Assembly (NCBI RefSeq): GCF_001194135.2
Contig: NC_069001.1
Location: 19,294,321 to 19,358,320, forward strand
Direction of reading: 5' to 3'
Source of the DNA: Octopus bimaculoides
Taxonomy: Eukaryota
Length of the DNA: 64,000 nucleotides
Part shown: in pieces, positions 35,247 through 48,930 of the stretch
Layout of the letters: each line of letters starts with the position of its first letter
Position numbering within the stretch: the first letter of the stretch is position 1
Position numbers and translations under genes: made by a program
Notes under the pieces: generated by a model
The model's input: the letters and a program-made list of their open reading frames with translations, nothing else
Database searches by the model: none
Told to the model about the DNA's origin: nothing

Positions 35247-37550
35247 CATCATCATCATCATCATCATCGTTTAACGTCCGCTTTCCATGCTAGCATGGGT
35301 TGGACGATTTGACTGAGGAATGATGGACCAGGTGAACACCAGGCTCCAATCTGATTTGGCAGAGTTTCTACAGCTGGATGCCATTCCTCACGCCAACCAC
35401 TCCATGAGTGTAGTGGGTGCTTTTACGTGCCACCGGCACAAAGGCCATTCAGGCAGTACTGGCAATGGCCATGCTCGAAATGGTGTATTTTACGTGCCAC
35501 CTGCACAGGAGCCAGTCCAGTGGCACTGGCAACGATCTCGCTCGAATGTCTTTTCACGTGCCAGGAAGGCGACGTTGGTAACGATCATGCTCAAATGGTG
35601 CTATTTACATGCCACCGGCACGGAAGCCAGACAGCTGCTCTGGCAACGATCACACTCAGAAGGTGCTCTTAGTGCTCCACTGGTACAGGTGCCATCACGA
35701 TTTCGCTTTCGCTTGCCCCAACAGGTCTTCGCAAGCAGAGTTTAGTGTTCAATGAAAGACACGTTGGCATGGGTGCCAGTTTACAAATTTAATTCGATTT
35801 CAATTTCACTTGCCTCAACAGGTCTTTGCAAGCAGAGTGTAGTCTCCAATGAAGGAATAGTATGCACAAGTGGGCTGGCTACATCCCTGGCAGAGGCCTC
35901 GGATTTTGGTCTCACTTGGCTTGCCGGGTCTTCTCACGCACAACATATTTTCAAAAGTCTCGGTCACCACCTCATCCCAGGTCTTCCTGGGCCTACCTCT
36001 TCCACGGGTTCCCTCAACTGCTAGGGTGTGGCACTTTTTCACACAGCTATCCTCATCCATTCTCGCCACATGTCCATACCAGCGCAATCGTCTCTCTTGC
36101 ACACCACAACTGATGCCTCTTAGGTCTAACTTTTCTCTCAAGGTACTTACACTCTGTTGAGTATGCACACTGACATTACACATCCATCAGAGCATATTGG
36201 CTTCATTCCTTGCAAGCTTACGCATGTCCTCAGTAGTCACGGCTAATGATTCACTGCCATGTAGCATGGCTGTTCATACACATGCATCATACAGTCTGCC
36301 TTTTACCCTGAGTGAGAGGCCCTTTGTCGCCAGCAGAGGTAAGAGCTCTCTGAACTTTACCCAGGTTATTCTTATTCTAGCAGCTACACTTTCAGCGCAC
36401 CCACCCCCACTACTAACTTGGTCNNNNNNNNNNNNNNNNNNNNNNNNNNNNNNNNNNNNNNNNNNNNNNNNNNNNNNNNNNNNNNNNNNNNNNNNNNNNN
36501 NNNNNNNNNNNNNNNNNNNNNNNNNNNNNNNNNNNNNNNNNNNNNNNNNNNNNNNNNNNNNNNNNNNNNNNNNNNNNNNNNNNNNNNNNNNNNNNNNNNN
36601 NNNNNNNNNNNNNNNNNNNNNNNNNNNNNNNNNNNNNNNNNNNNNNNNNNNNNNNNNNNNNNNNNNNNNNNNNNNNNNNNNNNNNNNNNNNNNNNNNNNN
36701 NNNNNNNNNNNNNNNNNNNNNNNNNNNNNNNNNNNNNNNNNNNNNNNNNNNNNNNNNNNNNNNNNNNNNNNNNNNNNNNNNNNNNNNNNNNNNNNNNNNN
36801 NNNNNNNNNNNNNNNNNNNNNNNNNNNNNNNNNNNNNNNNNNNNNNNNNNNNNNNNNNNNNNNNNNNNNNNNNNNNNNNNNNNNNNNNNNNNNNNNNNNN
36901 NNNNNNNNNNNNNNNNNNNNNNNNNNNNNNNNNNNNNNNNNNNNNNNNNNNNNNNNNNNNNNNNNNNNNNNNNNNNNNNNNNNNNNNNNNNNNNNNNNNN
37001 NNNNNNNNNNNNNNNNNNNNNNNNNNNNNNNNNNNNNNNNNNNNNNNNNNNNNNNNNNNNNNNNNNNNNNNNNNNNNNNNNNNNNNNNNNNNNNNNNNNN
37101 NNNNNNNNNNNNNNNNNNNNNNNNNNNNNNNNNNNNNNNNNNNNNNNNNNNNNNNNNNNNNNNNNNNNNNNNNNNNNNNNNNNNNNNNNNNNNNNNNNNN
37201 NNNNNNNNNNNNNNNNNNNNNNNNNNGCATCAGTGGTGCTTTTTCCTGGAACGAACCCAAACTGCATCCCATCTAAACTGACTCGCTCCCTAATTAGTTG
37301 AGCTATGACCCTCTCCATGACTTTCATTACCTGATCCAACAATTTGATACCTCTGTAATTATTTGTATCTAAAGCGTCACCTTTACCTTTGTGACAGTTG
37401 ACTATGGTGCTGCTACACCAGTCATTGGGTATGACTCCTTCGTGTATCACCTGGTTAACAATACAGGTGACTAGGCTATAGCCGACACTGCCAGATATTT
37501 TGAGCATCTCTGCAGTGATTCCTCATGGGCCGGGGGCTTTCCCTGTCTTC
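35247..37550 (-). mobile_element. RTE (BovB-like) LINE, 5'-truncated, with N gap and (GAT)n tail
   Basis: MLKISGSVGYSLV..NYRGIKLLDQ..QFGFVPGKSTTD | gap | RIRITWVKFRELLPLL..RGRPRKTWDEVV. The 3' UTR has ~60-bp subrepeats; (ATC)n at 35247-35268. Confidence 0.92.
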
Positions 37551-38203
37551 ATATACATATATATATGTATGTATGTATGTATGCACGTATATATGTATGC
37601 ATGTATATGTGAGATAATAGTATAAACCGAAAGTAAGTAAAATACCTCTGAATAAATAATGTACTCCTTACAGCAACATGTAAACAAAACTGCTACAATT
37701 AACTGAAATCTGAATAAACATTTCAAAACCACGATTCAACTGTAATACCAGCAGAGCTGATAATAAGACTAACATTCCATCAAATATAAACAGCAATGCT
37801 ATTACCTTCAACTGTATACCAATGCAAGACGCTTGTTTGAATTGGTTCACTTTGAAAATGTTATAAGTGTTGGACCCTTGATGAAATTGCAATACTAGAA
37901 TGCATAATTGCATACAAAGCAATGTGCAGTTACTGCAGCCGAAAAATATGTAGGTCAGATATAACTGCTGTAGAAAATTTTTAAATATAAATTTTCAGAT
38001 GTGAATAAAATTTCTACTCTCCTCTTCATTATCAATGTTATATAGATACATACATACACATATATTTATTACACATGTGCATGTGTGTGCTAGTGTTAGA
38101 AAGGGCATCCTGTTGTAAAAACCAAGCCAAGCCAAATAATAAAAGGAATGAACAGAAGAATAGAGAGGACTCTCCTACACCATGCCCACAACTACTATGC
38201 TCA

Positions 38204-38338
<135 letters not shown>

Positions 38339-39182
38339 CTAAGAAAGAAAATAAACATGGTCAGAATTTTTATTTAGACATCAAATTAAAGATGACTTTA
38401 GGAAAATCCGATTAAAACACACACACATATGGATAGAATACACATACACACATATAGGAATACACATACGTACAAATACTTATTTTATGCATATTTATGT
38501 ATGTATACACACACACACACATGCTATGCCATCTCCACCATCACCACTATCTTTATAATTTTATGTCAATTTTCCATGCTGGCATAACTTAGGCTAGTTC
38601 TGATGACATGAGTCAATTCTTATTCAGAGTTACTGCCCTCAGGGGCACATCAGAAAGACCACATCTCACTCATTTGTTTCATCTTCAGCTTCATTCCTAC
38701 AACTGCATACCATTTCTGTTCTCAACCACTTTAAACAGTATACTGGCTACATCTTATTGTGGCACCAATGCTAGTGAGATTGTCTTGCCCCTGATAAGTT
38801 TAAAGGCTTCTCTTGACAAACTTGTCTCTATTTGTCCACCAATCACTTTGTAATATATAATATTATATACATAGATATGTTTATAAACACAGATGCAGCA
38901 ATACACAGTTACAAACACATACACAAAAATATATCATTATAAATATATACGAAAGAATATATTAAAACAAATACTGGAAAATTTGGTATATTTTTAATCC
39001 TATGTCATATGTGCTTCATTACAGGATAGGAGTTACAAGGTATAACATGTATGGGATTTCCTATCTGTTTTTCATCAGCAATCTATAGTTTAAGGATGAG
39101 TCAGGACTATGCTGAGAGATAATGGGACAAAAAGGATAGAAAAGAGTAAAAAAATAATAAAGAAAGAGAATATATATGTGCT

Positions 39183-39224
<42 letters not shown>

Positions 39225-39761
39225 NNNNNNNNNNNNNNNNNNNNNNNNNNNNNNNNNNNNNNNNNNNNNNNNNNNNNNNNNNNNNNNNNNNNNNNNNNNN
39301 NNNNNNNNNNNNNNNNNNNNNNNNNNNNNNNNNNNNNNNNNNNNNNNNNNNNNNNNNNNNNNNNNNNNNNNNNNNNNNNNNNNNNNNNNNNNNNNNNNNN
39401 NNNNNNNNNNNNNNNNNNNNNNNNNNNNNNNNNNNNNNNNNNNNNNNNNNNNNNNNNNNNNNNNNNNNNNNNNNNNNNNNNNNNNNNNNNNNNNNNNNNN
39501 NNNNNNNNNNNNNNNNNNNNNNNNNNNNNNNNNNNNNNNNNNNNNNNNNNNNNNNNNNNNNNNNNNNNNNNNNNNNNNNNNNATAAATACATTACAAAAT
39601 GTTTGTATATATATTTATCCATTCTAATAAATATGCATATATACACACTTAGACATAATACCTACATAGAAACATACATATGCATATCTATAAGTGTAAG
39701 CTCACACCAATATATACACATTCATACACACACACATAAAATATACATCCACCTACACACA

Positions 39762-40367
39762 CGAAGGGGTACCCAAAAGAAACCGGAATTTGCAATATTT
39801 TATTCACTTAGTTTTATATGTTTATACTTTTATCACCTTCAGAGTATTCTCCATTTGAAGCAAGGCATTGGCCCAGATGCATTTTCCAGTGTTTGAAGTA
39901 GTCCTGGAACTCTTTGCAAAGTGATGCCTTTTAACACCTCTGTCATTTTTTCTTAATCTCTTCCACATCTGCAAAACATTTTCCTTTAAGGATTTTTTTT
40001 CATTTGGGGGAAAAAAAGAAAGCCACAGGGAGCAAGATCTGGTGAATAAGGAGGATGGATAAGCGGGGTCATGCCGTTTTTGGTCAAAAACTGTTTCACA
40101 CTCAAGGCAGTGCGCACAGGCGCATTGTTGTAATGAAACCACCACTCACCACTTTGCCACAGGTCAGGGTGTTTTCATCTCACTGTGTTTCACAAATGCT
40201 TCAGAACTGCCAAGTAAACTGTTTGATTAACAGTTTGACCAGGAGGAACAAATTATGTGTGGACAATTCCTTTTGCATCGATGAAACAAATAGGGATTGT
40301 CTTCACATTGGACTTCACTTGGCTGTCCCACAGAGAACATTTCCAGTAACTTTTGGGTACCCCCTTG
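39762..40367 (-). mobile_element. Internally deleted mariner
   Basis: TIRs CGAAGGGGTACCCAAAAGAAACCGGAA / TTCCAGTAACTTTTGGGTACCCCCTTG|TA; minus-strand HYNNAPVRTA..HPPYSPDLAP. Confidence 0.85.
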
Positions 40368-40418
40368 TACATACATACATACATACATACATACATACAT
40401 ACATACATACATACATAC
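40368..40418. repeat. (TACA)n tetranucleotide microsatellite
   Basis: About 12 units, read directly from the sequence. Confidence 0.95.
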
Positions 40419-40725
40419 AATTTATGCTTTAAATTTGCATTTATAAGATATGAGCAAAATATCATCAGTGAAAAAGATATACTTCAAAAGATTACATATT
40501 GACCTCTTAGTTCATACCAGCAGACTAAATATATGGAGTTATTTTATTTTTGTTTTTGTGTGTGCATGAGGGTTAACAGATTAATTTGAATATAACAAAA
40601 AATAAAGTAAAACAAATAAGGTAAAATAAAATAAGTAAAAAAACAATAAAAATAAAATAAATAAAAGTAGAATAAAAATAAAATAGGATAGAATAGAATA
40701 TACATAGATAGCTAAATATGTACAT

Positions 40726-43700
40726 TAGGGTGGAGTGAAAAAGGTACTTTTTACACAGATTTTCAAAATATGGTTTCAAGAATATATTTTTTATTGCAAA
40801 ACCCTTTAAAAACAACTATGTTAAAATCTTAAATTTACATTTTCAGGCTCCATAGCCCACTTGAAATTTTGAATAATGAGCAAAAAATCATTTTATTTTT
40901 TACATTCATTGATACAAATCGATTTTCTTTTGCAAAATCCTTTAAAAATAAGAGTGTTAAAATCTCAAGCTCTAAAATTTATATCTTCAGGCTCCACAAA
41001 TGCACTTGAAATTTCAAAATTATGTAAAATAAATAGACTCTTCGACTTTGTTTTCTTTGTTATTTTTAATACTACGTCACCGAATATGTGTTACATGAGG
41101 TCTAGATTACACACACATTAAAATAAAATTACATGTAAACCAATTTTAGATTCTTGACACATTTTGGTGATAAAAATAATTAACATTTCCAATTTATTCA
41201 AAATAATCCCATGTAACTAAATAATACAAATTGTTGTAGTGCATTCCTTTTCGTTCCAGTAACAAAGCCAAATAATCTTTTTCATAAATGAGAATTAGCA
41301 TCTCACACTCAGCTAAAGAATGGAACAAAGATTTGTTGTTTTGGAAATTCCTAAAACGACATAATGTTAATTGTTTATGTTCAAAATAGCTAAAACTAAA
41401 CAATCCTAATTGATTATTACTGTATTACCTTTCAATCTGAACTCCCTTTTTGTCTGGAGCACCGGAATTTCTCTTGATTTAATTCGACTCCAAATGAATC
41501 CGTCTCATCTGTTCTCACCATGAACATTAGATGATGCTTCTGTCACAAGTTTTACACATCTTTCCACAGCTTGGATGTGGCACAGTAGTTTGTCCAGTTG
41601 TATCAAATGCCATTGTTGAATGAAGGTATTGATTTCTTCATTGAAAAATGCCTGTGTTAGAGGTGGTTCAGTAACAATAGTGTCCTGCCAGTTAATTATG
41701 TCCATGTAGTTTGAGGCAGCAAAGTTTAGGGCAGGATTTTTGAATTGCACAGATTTCCCTTTATACTGTGTTCAAGCTAGTTCTCGAATGTGGCTCCGTT
41801 CATCGTTTATCATGGCCAGTGAAATATTTTCTGGGTGCACAAAGAAAGCATTCCATTGTATAACTGGAAATACAATGTCTTGTACCGCTTTATCCATTTC
41901 TCTCGAAGACTCAGTTGTCTTGCACACATTTAGAGCCCCCATTTTTTGAGAAAGAATTGCATTTATACTTTCATTGTGTAAGCAACAATTAATTTCATCA
42001 TGTTAGAAGGATTCTTGGTGGCAACATATAACCATAGCATACGATTTAGCTGTAAGCCATTGAGAATGTACCATTTTACAGGGATTCCTTAATGCTATTT
42101 CAGATGACCATTTCCCTCCAGAAATAGACTGGTGGATATCAAGAAGGTATTTTTGATCAGTGCTGAGATCATTTCTGTCTACTAATGGCAAGTCTGTTGG
42201 AATCTGATTAAATTTCACAATACTTAAGTGTTTCACATCGCTCCAGTCTCTTACCAATCAGCCTGATAGTTTTTCCATCAAGATCATTAATAAGATGGCG
42301 TGAGGAAAACTTATTTGTGTGGAGCTGACACACAAACCAATGCAATGGCTTCTTCAATTTATCCTCCAAAAGTCTAATGATGCCTCCTAATGGTCCTGTA
42401 TTGACTGCAGTACCATCACAACCTACAGCTATCATGTGATTGGTTACTATCTGATTGGTTTCCAATTAATTCAACAACCCATTGGAAATGGCTTTTGCAG
42501 AACCCGTTTTAACAGTAAAGTGCCCAAGTCAGTGGGACTCAGGTTCTTCTATCAATGAAATGCGTTCTTGAATTGTTTTCTTACGAAATGTTTTTGCCAT
42601 TTGTTCACTTATAAGGGTTGTGTCCCTCCTTCCATCAAAATACACGGCAGACAATAGTTTATGTGGCATACATTCCTACTGCAGGGATTTACATTTTCTG
42701 GATCGTTCCTGCCTTACTTTCGATCTGTCTATAATGAAAGAACATTCACCAGATGTACTTGCCATTAAGCCACTGATGACCGAACTTGGAAGACGAGCAG
42801 CAGCATGGTCTAACACACCAGTGCAGTCACAAGTAGAAGCTGAGAATTTCATTTGTTTTATTGGTGTTTCTGAACTTATGTTTTTACTGACGTCTTTTCA
42901 TTTCATGGAAAATGGAATTGGAAGATTTTCATCTTTGCCTGCTGATCCATTTCCAGATTCACTGCTTGATGAAAATGCTATCAATTCAGAATCCTTTGCT
43001 GACGTAGAAGGGCGACTGTGATCTGGCTGATTCTTTCTAATCAACCTCTGATCGTTCTGTTTAGATACTGCTTGATCTATTCTGCCAATGATCATTTTTC
43101 AATTTGTCCATTGATCCTGTAAAAAATTTTCTCTCTGTGGTATTTCTTTGTCTCTACTACAACTGCAGTTTTTAAAGGAGTTGCACTTGCAACTGAGAAA
43201 TGTCAAATAAATCTTTTGTTGCATTGTTTTTAAATACATTACACTTTGTTTAAAACGATGGCATATTTTTTCTATTTTTCATAGATTTTAGTAATGCTTG
43301 GTACTTTAGATAAAAGTTTAAGTGACTCAATTGTAACACAAGGGATGGATGCCTTTTGCCAAAGAAGGGTTATCTTTTTTGCTAGTCTTGACAATGTGTT
43401 TAATTGAAGGATCTTTCTTAACTACATTCTTTTCTTTTTCTCATTCAAATAAAACACATTTTAGTACGTCCTTGTAAGTTGGCAAAACTCGTTTGCTAAG
43501 ATCACATGGAGTACCAAATATTGGGCATTCAATATCATGATGCGTTATTGGCTTATGAGTCATCACTAAATGTAAACAACACTAAATCTAACATGATCAC
43601 TAATCTTAATACAATGGCCTAAAGCAGAAAATTTGACACACATACGACATACATCCATATGCAACAACTGTTGTAATAACACTGCAGAGAAGTTCACACT

Positions 43701-44016
43701 CTCATTGTCTTTATAGTCAATGCGGAACCTCAAGATATTAGTCAATTGTATTGAAACTTTGTATGCAACCTCTTAAGGATACTATATTTACTGTTTTGCA
43801 TTCTGCTATGTAGAAATATGTATTCATTATGACTTATAGTCCATGAAATCCAAAATTTTACCAAGAATAGTGATTTAAAAAATTTTCAATTGCATTGCAG
43901 AGCCTGAAAATATATTTAACCACTAAGTTTATACACCTTTCTTTTAACTCTAATTCGCAACAAAATATCGATTCTTGGTTACCAATTTCAAAAGTTGCAT
44001 TTTTTGCTCCACCCTA
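40726..44016 (-). mobile_element. hAT-superfamily DNA transposon (hATm-like), full length with a decayed transposase
   Basis: TIRs TAGGGTGGAGTGAAAAA / TTTTTGCTCCACCCTA; 8-bp TSD ATGTACAT / AAGTACAT. Minus-strand transposase remnants ~41450-43560: AVGCDGTAVNTG, CQLH (CxxH), LLCHIQAVERCVKLVTEAS. The hATm subtype is an inference. Confidence 0.8.
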
Positions 44017-44223
44017 AAGTACATAGATATGCATATATAAAAATATACATAAAAATGTATATACATACACACTTATACATATTTATATATAAGAAAAAAA
44101 TTAACGTACAGATTATGTATTAATCAGTGTCCAATGGTTGGAGTAATTTAAATTAGTTACATGTGGTTAAGCGTTTTAAGAAAATATCTAATCATAACGG
44201 TCTCTCAATATATGCGCGTGCAG

Positions 44224-44228
<5 letters not shown>

Positions 44229-44272
<44 letters not shown>

Positions 44273-46151
44273 CTTTTGTATCTTTGTCTGTTCCCAATGC
44301 ATTCTCAAATGGCTCACCCAAATCAAATCAAATTTTACATGGTAATACTATGAGACCCCAGGAATGTCAACATTTAATTCTTTTGGATTAATTTACACTG
44401 TATGCAAAAATACAGACATACTATATATGGTACGTTATTAAACGCACACACACACACACACACACACATCTACACATATATACCTGATGACTGATATGTG
44501 TGAAGTGCGGGCTGGCCAGTGTTAATATGAAATTTTATTTTCATTTCCTTTAAAACAATACACATTTACACTGCATACAAAAATACAGACATACTATGTA
44601 CAGCATGTTACTAAACATACACACACACAAACATCTACAAATACATACCTGACAACTTGATTTTTTTTTTTTATTAACCACACAGGGTCAAAACAAAGGG
44701 GACAGCACAAGGACAGGCAAAACACAAAAGTGGGGGGAAAATAAAATCAAGTGTACAGAATGGTAATGATAAATGAAAAGGTGGAATGATATCTACTCAA
44801 ACCCCACACTCCAATTAATGTCATTGAACATTTTTAGAAAAAAAAATTTTAACATGTGTTATTTTATTCTTGTCTCTTTCTCCTTGTTGTGTGTTGCTTG
44901 TGTTATATACTCACAGGACAACTGACATGCGTGAAGTGTGGGCTGGCCAGTGTCAATATGAAATTTTATTTTCATTTCCTTTAAAACAATACACATTTAC
45001 TGTTCCATTACCAGTTAATAGTGATCACAGCAGTTGCAAGGTTACAAGGTAAAATATAAAATTCTTTGTCTCTCTGTAACAATTATTGTGGCATTTACCG
45101 TTAAATTAGCAGTTCCGTACATGTGTTTCTATTTTGTTCATTTACACTACATACAAAAATACAGACATACTATATACATACAACTGCTCACAAAAATAAA
45201 GATTAATGTATATTTTTTCTATGTTCGTAATTTTTTGTTTACAATATTGAAAAAATATGCCACCAAAGAAAAGACGTAATCTCTCCAGAAACATTTATAA
45301 AGCAAGGACGATTGCAGAAAACCAAAGACAAGAGTCTCAGAAAAGGGAGATAAGACTTTCTCAAGATCAGCAGAGGCATGCTGCAGCATGTCAAATGGAG
45401 TCTCAAGAGAGAAGGGAGATGAGACTTTCCCAAGATCAGCTAAGGCATGCTGCAAAACTTAATTATTAGAACAAAGTTTAGCACGCTAGATTAGACAGAG
45501 TTCCAATACAATAGCTCTCAGAAATAGGCCACATGCAAATTCCTTCTTCACAACTCCAGGAGCTGCTTTCAGGTATGATCCATCCTATTCTTATTAAAAT
45601 GATAACTCTGTACAAATTGGTGTGCTACATTCAAATTGTCATTTCTGCATAGCTTTCATATTTCCAAATGAAACAAATGGCATGTGCTGCTCAGGCGGTA
45701 AGATAAGATTGCTAGTACTACCAGCTCCTCCTCGACCTCTTTCAGCAGTTCACTTCTTTATCACCTTCTCCCATTGCAGCCCATTTCTAGAATGTACCCA
45801 TTTACATACAATATCTCCATTACACCTCCAATCATTTGACTGTCAACCATACGATGGGTCATGTTAGACGCAGTACTGACCGCCTCAAAGACGAGTATAT
45901 CCACCAACAGCTTTTCAATGGGTTCAAAAATTATATACTCCCCCCACCCAATTTTCCAAGATAGGTTAGGGCATAGAATCCTCCAAACAGACGTATTACA
46001 TGTCAATTAGTCGAATTAGACCATCATTTCCTCCACAAATGTTTTGTCGTCAATGGTGCACTTTCCTGTATCACCTGTTTTAACATAACTGTAATATATA
46101 TATACAAACTATACTATCTTAATCCCAAGCAACACCAGGTATCTCTGCCAG
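44229..46151 (+). mobile_element. Helitron deletion derivative
   Basis: 5' (TA)n-TATAAAATCTTTTGTAT start. ORF start MPPKKRRNLSR with R/Q/E-rich repeats, then the C.FC.AF.F.NE..GMCCSGGKI.L..LP.PP zinc-binding motif of Helitron Rep/Hel. 3' decayed hairpin CCCAAGCAACACCAGGT then CTGCCAG|T. Inserted at an A|T site, as shown by the empty site in the inverted paralog at ~48708-48722. Confidence 0.8.
44655..44725 (-). mobile_element. Short L1/Tx1-type 3' end with poly(A) tail, nested in the Helitron
   Basis: Minus strand ...GTCCTTGTGCTGTCCCCTTTGTTTTGACCCTGTGTGGTTAATAAAAAAAAAAA. Confidence 0.45.
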
Positions 46152-46238
46152 TATGGTAATAAAAGACTCACAGTAATAATTGCATGCATATATATACACA
46201 CACACACACACTCATATATATACACACACACACACACA

Positions 46239-46270
<32 letters not shown>

Positions 46271-46333
46271 TATANNNNNNNNNNNNNNNNNNNNNNNNNN
46301 NNNNNNNNNNNNNNNNNNNNNNNNNNNNNNNNN

Positions 46334-46409
<76 letters not shown>

Positions 46410-46516
46410 ATGCATGTATACAAACACATGCACATACATAGATATACATAGATATACATGCACATACACAGATATACATATACATGCACAAAAGTACATA
46501 CATAAGGCATTATAAC

Positions 46517-48530
46517 CTTCAATTCAATAGTATTTCTTTATATTTTAGAGTGATTTAATTAAATACATTAGCTTAAAATGATATCTACTTAAAGCATATA
46601 TATTTATCTACCATATAATCAGCACGATGAATATATACTATTTGTTTACATTCTCGATAGATAGAGATCTTGTACGTTATGTCATCACGAGTGTAGTTTA
46701 TAGAAAGAATTTCAGGATATTATCAATACATTGATATTATTTAAATAATAAGTATTGTTAATTATAATTTAAAATTAATACTAACGCAAGATAATAGGCC
46801 GAAAATATTACGTATTGTAAGATAAAAGTTCTAAATATTCAGTTAAGTATAAATATAAAAGACTGTTGTATTAGTTATAGATAGGAATTTGTTACATTAT
46901 GTCATCTCAATTAGTGTTAATAGAAATAGTTAGGAAATATATTCAATGCGTAGTGATTAAGTTAATTTCAGTAAATTAATTAATAATTATTAATAATTAG
47001 TGTTTAGGATATTGTGAGAATTTTAGTTGTTAATTTAAGGTAATAAAGTCGAATGTATTATATATCATAAGTAGTGTAATTAATAACAGTTAACCCAAAT
47101 AGTGTTTATAGAGATAGTTACAAAACATTTTCAATAACGCTAGTCTGTTATATCAATAGGTAATATGTCTCCTAAATGTCAGAGGATATATGAATATTAT
47201 ATGATATAGTTTAATATTACTCTATATTATGAGTATAAAGTTTAATTATACTTAGAGAAAACATATTTCACTGAATGAAGACATGATACATTTTTTTTTT
47301 TTAAGTAAATTTTTTCTAGATGTAAGGATTTTTATAAGCTTCTTCAAGTACACAACTCACATCTTTTGTTGGAGATTTTATATGACTTCACAAAACTAAT
47401 AATCTTTTATTTAATATTAAATCTGATGTAATTATCCTTTAATTCCCATATGAACTTACTTAACCTGGTAGAATTCATTTTTTGTCTATTTTTAAAACTC
47501 TGAAAATGGTTAGCCACCCTAATCTTAATTCTGTTTTCTGTTGATCCTATATAATAGAATTTCTTTCTTTGGGATTCAACTATACATTGGTAGACTAAGT
47601 TATCTTTCTTATATAGAATTTTAAATTTACAATTAATTTTAGCTTTACAGCTGCAAGTTTCATTTACATCTTTATGTATAGATTTATTCAAAGTATTATT
47701 AGGAAGGGAGTTAATATGAGTTATTTCTCGTTTATCATTAAGGTATTTATGGCCATTAACATTATCATTTAGGCTGGGGAGATTAAGTTGGTGTTGAGGT
47801 TAATTATTGTATTGGATATTTCTATTACTGTAGAAATTATCTATTTATTTGCTATTAATAGTTGATATAATCATGAACAGGTTACAAGTTAAACTAAAAA
47901 CAACTTTGACATATTTATAATTAATAATTTCACAAAATTTATTATTGTTGTTAAAATGCTTAAAAACTGACTTGTATAAAGATTTGATTAAATTATTTTT
48001 AATTTGCATAGCATATGGAATGATAAACCAAATCATTTTCAATTCTTTAGAATTATTTTTAGAGAGTTTATAATCTATTTTAGATTTAGTAAAATTTATG
48101 GAAGGGGTATATGGTTTATTTTGTTTATTACAAATATTGCATGGATCATCAATGGTATGGGTATTCAAGGGAATTATCAGTTTATTATTATCATCCAATT
48201 TATTTACATGTTTTTTCACTATAAGAATAATTATAATTATTTATCAGTTACTTATTATTTATATTAGGTTTATAACATGATTTAATATTTTATTTTTCTA
48301 TATTGTGTTTAATATTTAGAGGCTGATGTTTATTTATTTTGAGTTTATTATTATTACCACTTACCAGTTTATTATTAGATGATTTATTAATTCTATGTTT
48401 CTTTTTACTTATAGTTTTAGCCTTGATTGAATTAGCATTCTTTTCAGTTTTAGTTCTTGTCTTATAATTGATTCTATCATATATAACTGTATCATTTAGT
48501 GGATGGTATTTTATCTTGTAAATATGTGTA
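46517..48530 (-). mobile_element. 5'-truncated Penelope-like element (linker + GIY-YIG + AT-rich 3' region)
   Basis: MIWFIIPYAMQIKNNL..KHF..SLTCNL; TCSCKAKINC..DNLVYQCIV..YYIGSTENRIKIRVANHFQSF..LSKFIWELKD. ~215-bp degenerate repeats at ~46650-47130. Confidence 0.8.
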
Positions 48531-48930
48531 TGATTATATGCCTTATGTACATACTCATGTGCATGTATATGAGTATCTGTGCATTCATGTATGCACGTGT
48601 ATGTATACATGCATATGTATATATGTATATATGTATATGTGTATGTGTGTGTGTGTGTATGTGTGTGTGCACACATATACATGTGAATGTTACTGTGAGT
48701 CTTTTATTACCATATAATTCCACACACACACATATATTGAGAAACTGTTATGATTAAATATTTTCTTGAAATGCTTAACTGCATGTAAACTAATTTAAAT
48801 TTCTCCAGTCAATTTGCACTGATTAATATATAGAGTTTGTATGCTAATTTTTTGTCTTACATATATAAGTGTGTATGTACATTTTTATGTATTTTTTATA
48901 TATGTATATCTGTATGCACATATTTATCTA

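Noticed and set aside
46109-48757. ORFs made of YIYI/CVCV/THTH repeats (also ~39100-39900, 53006-53224, 55500-56270)
   Set aside because: These are translations of (TA)n, (TG)n and (CA)n microsatellites.
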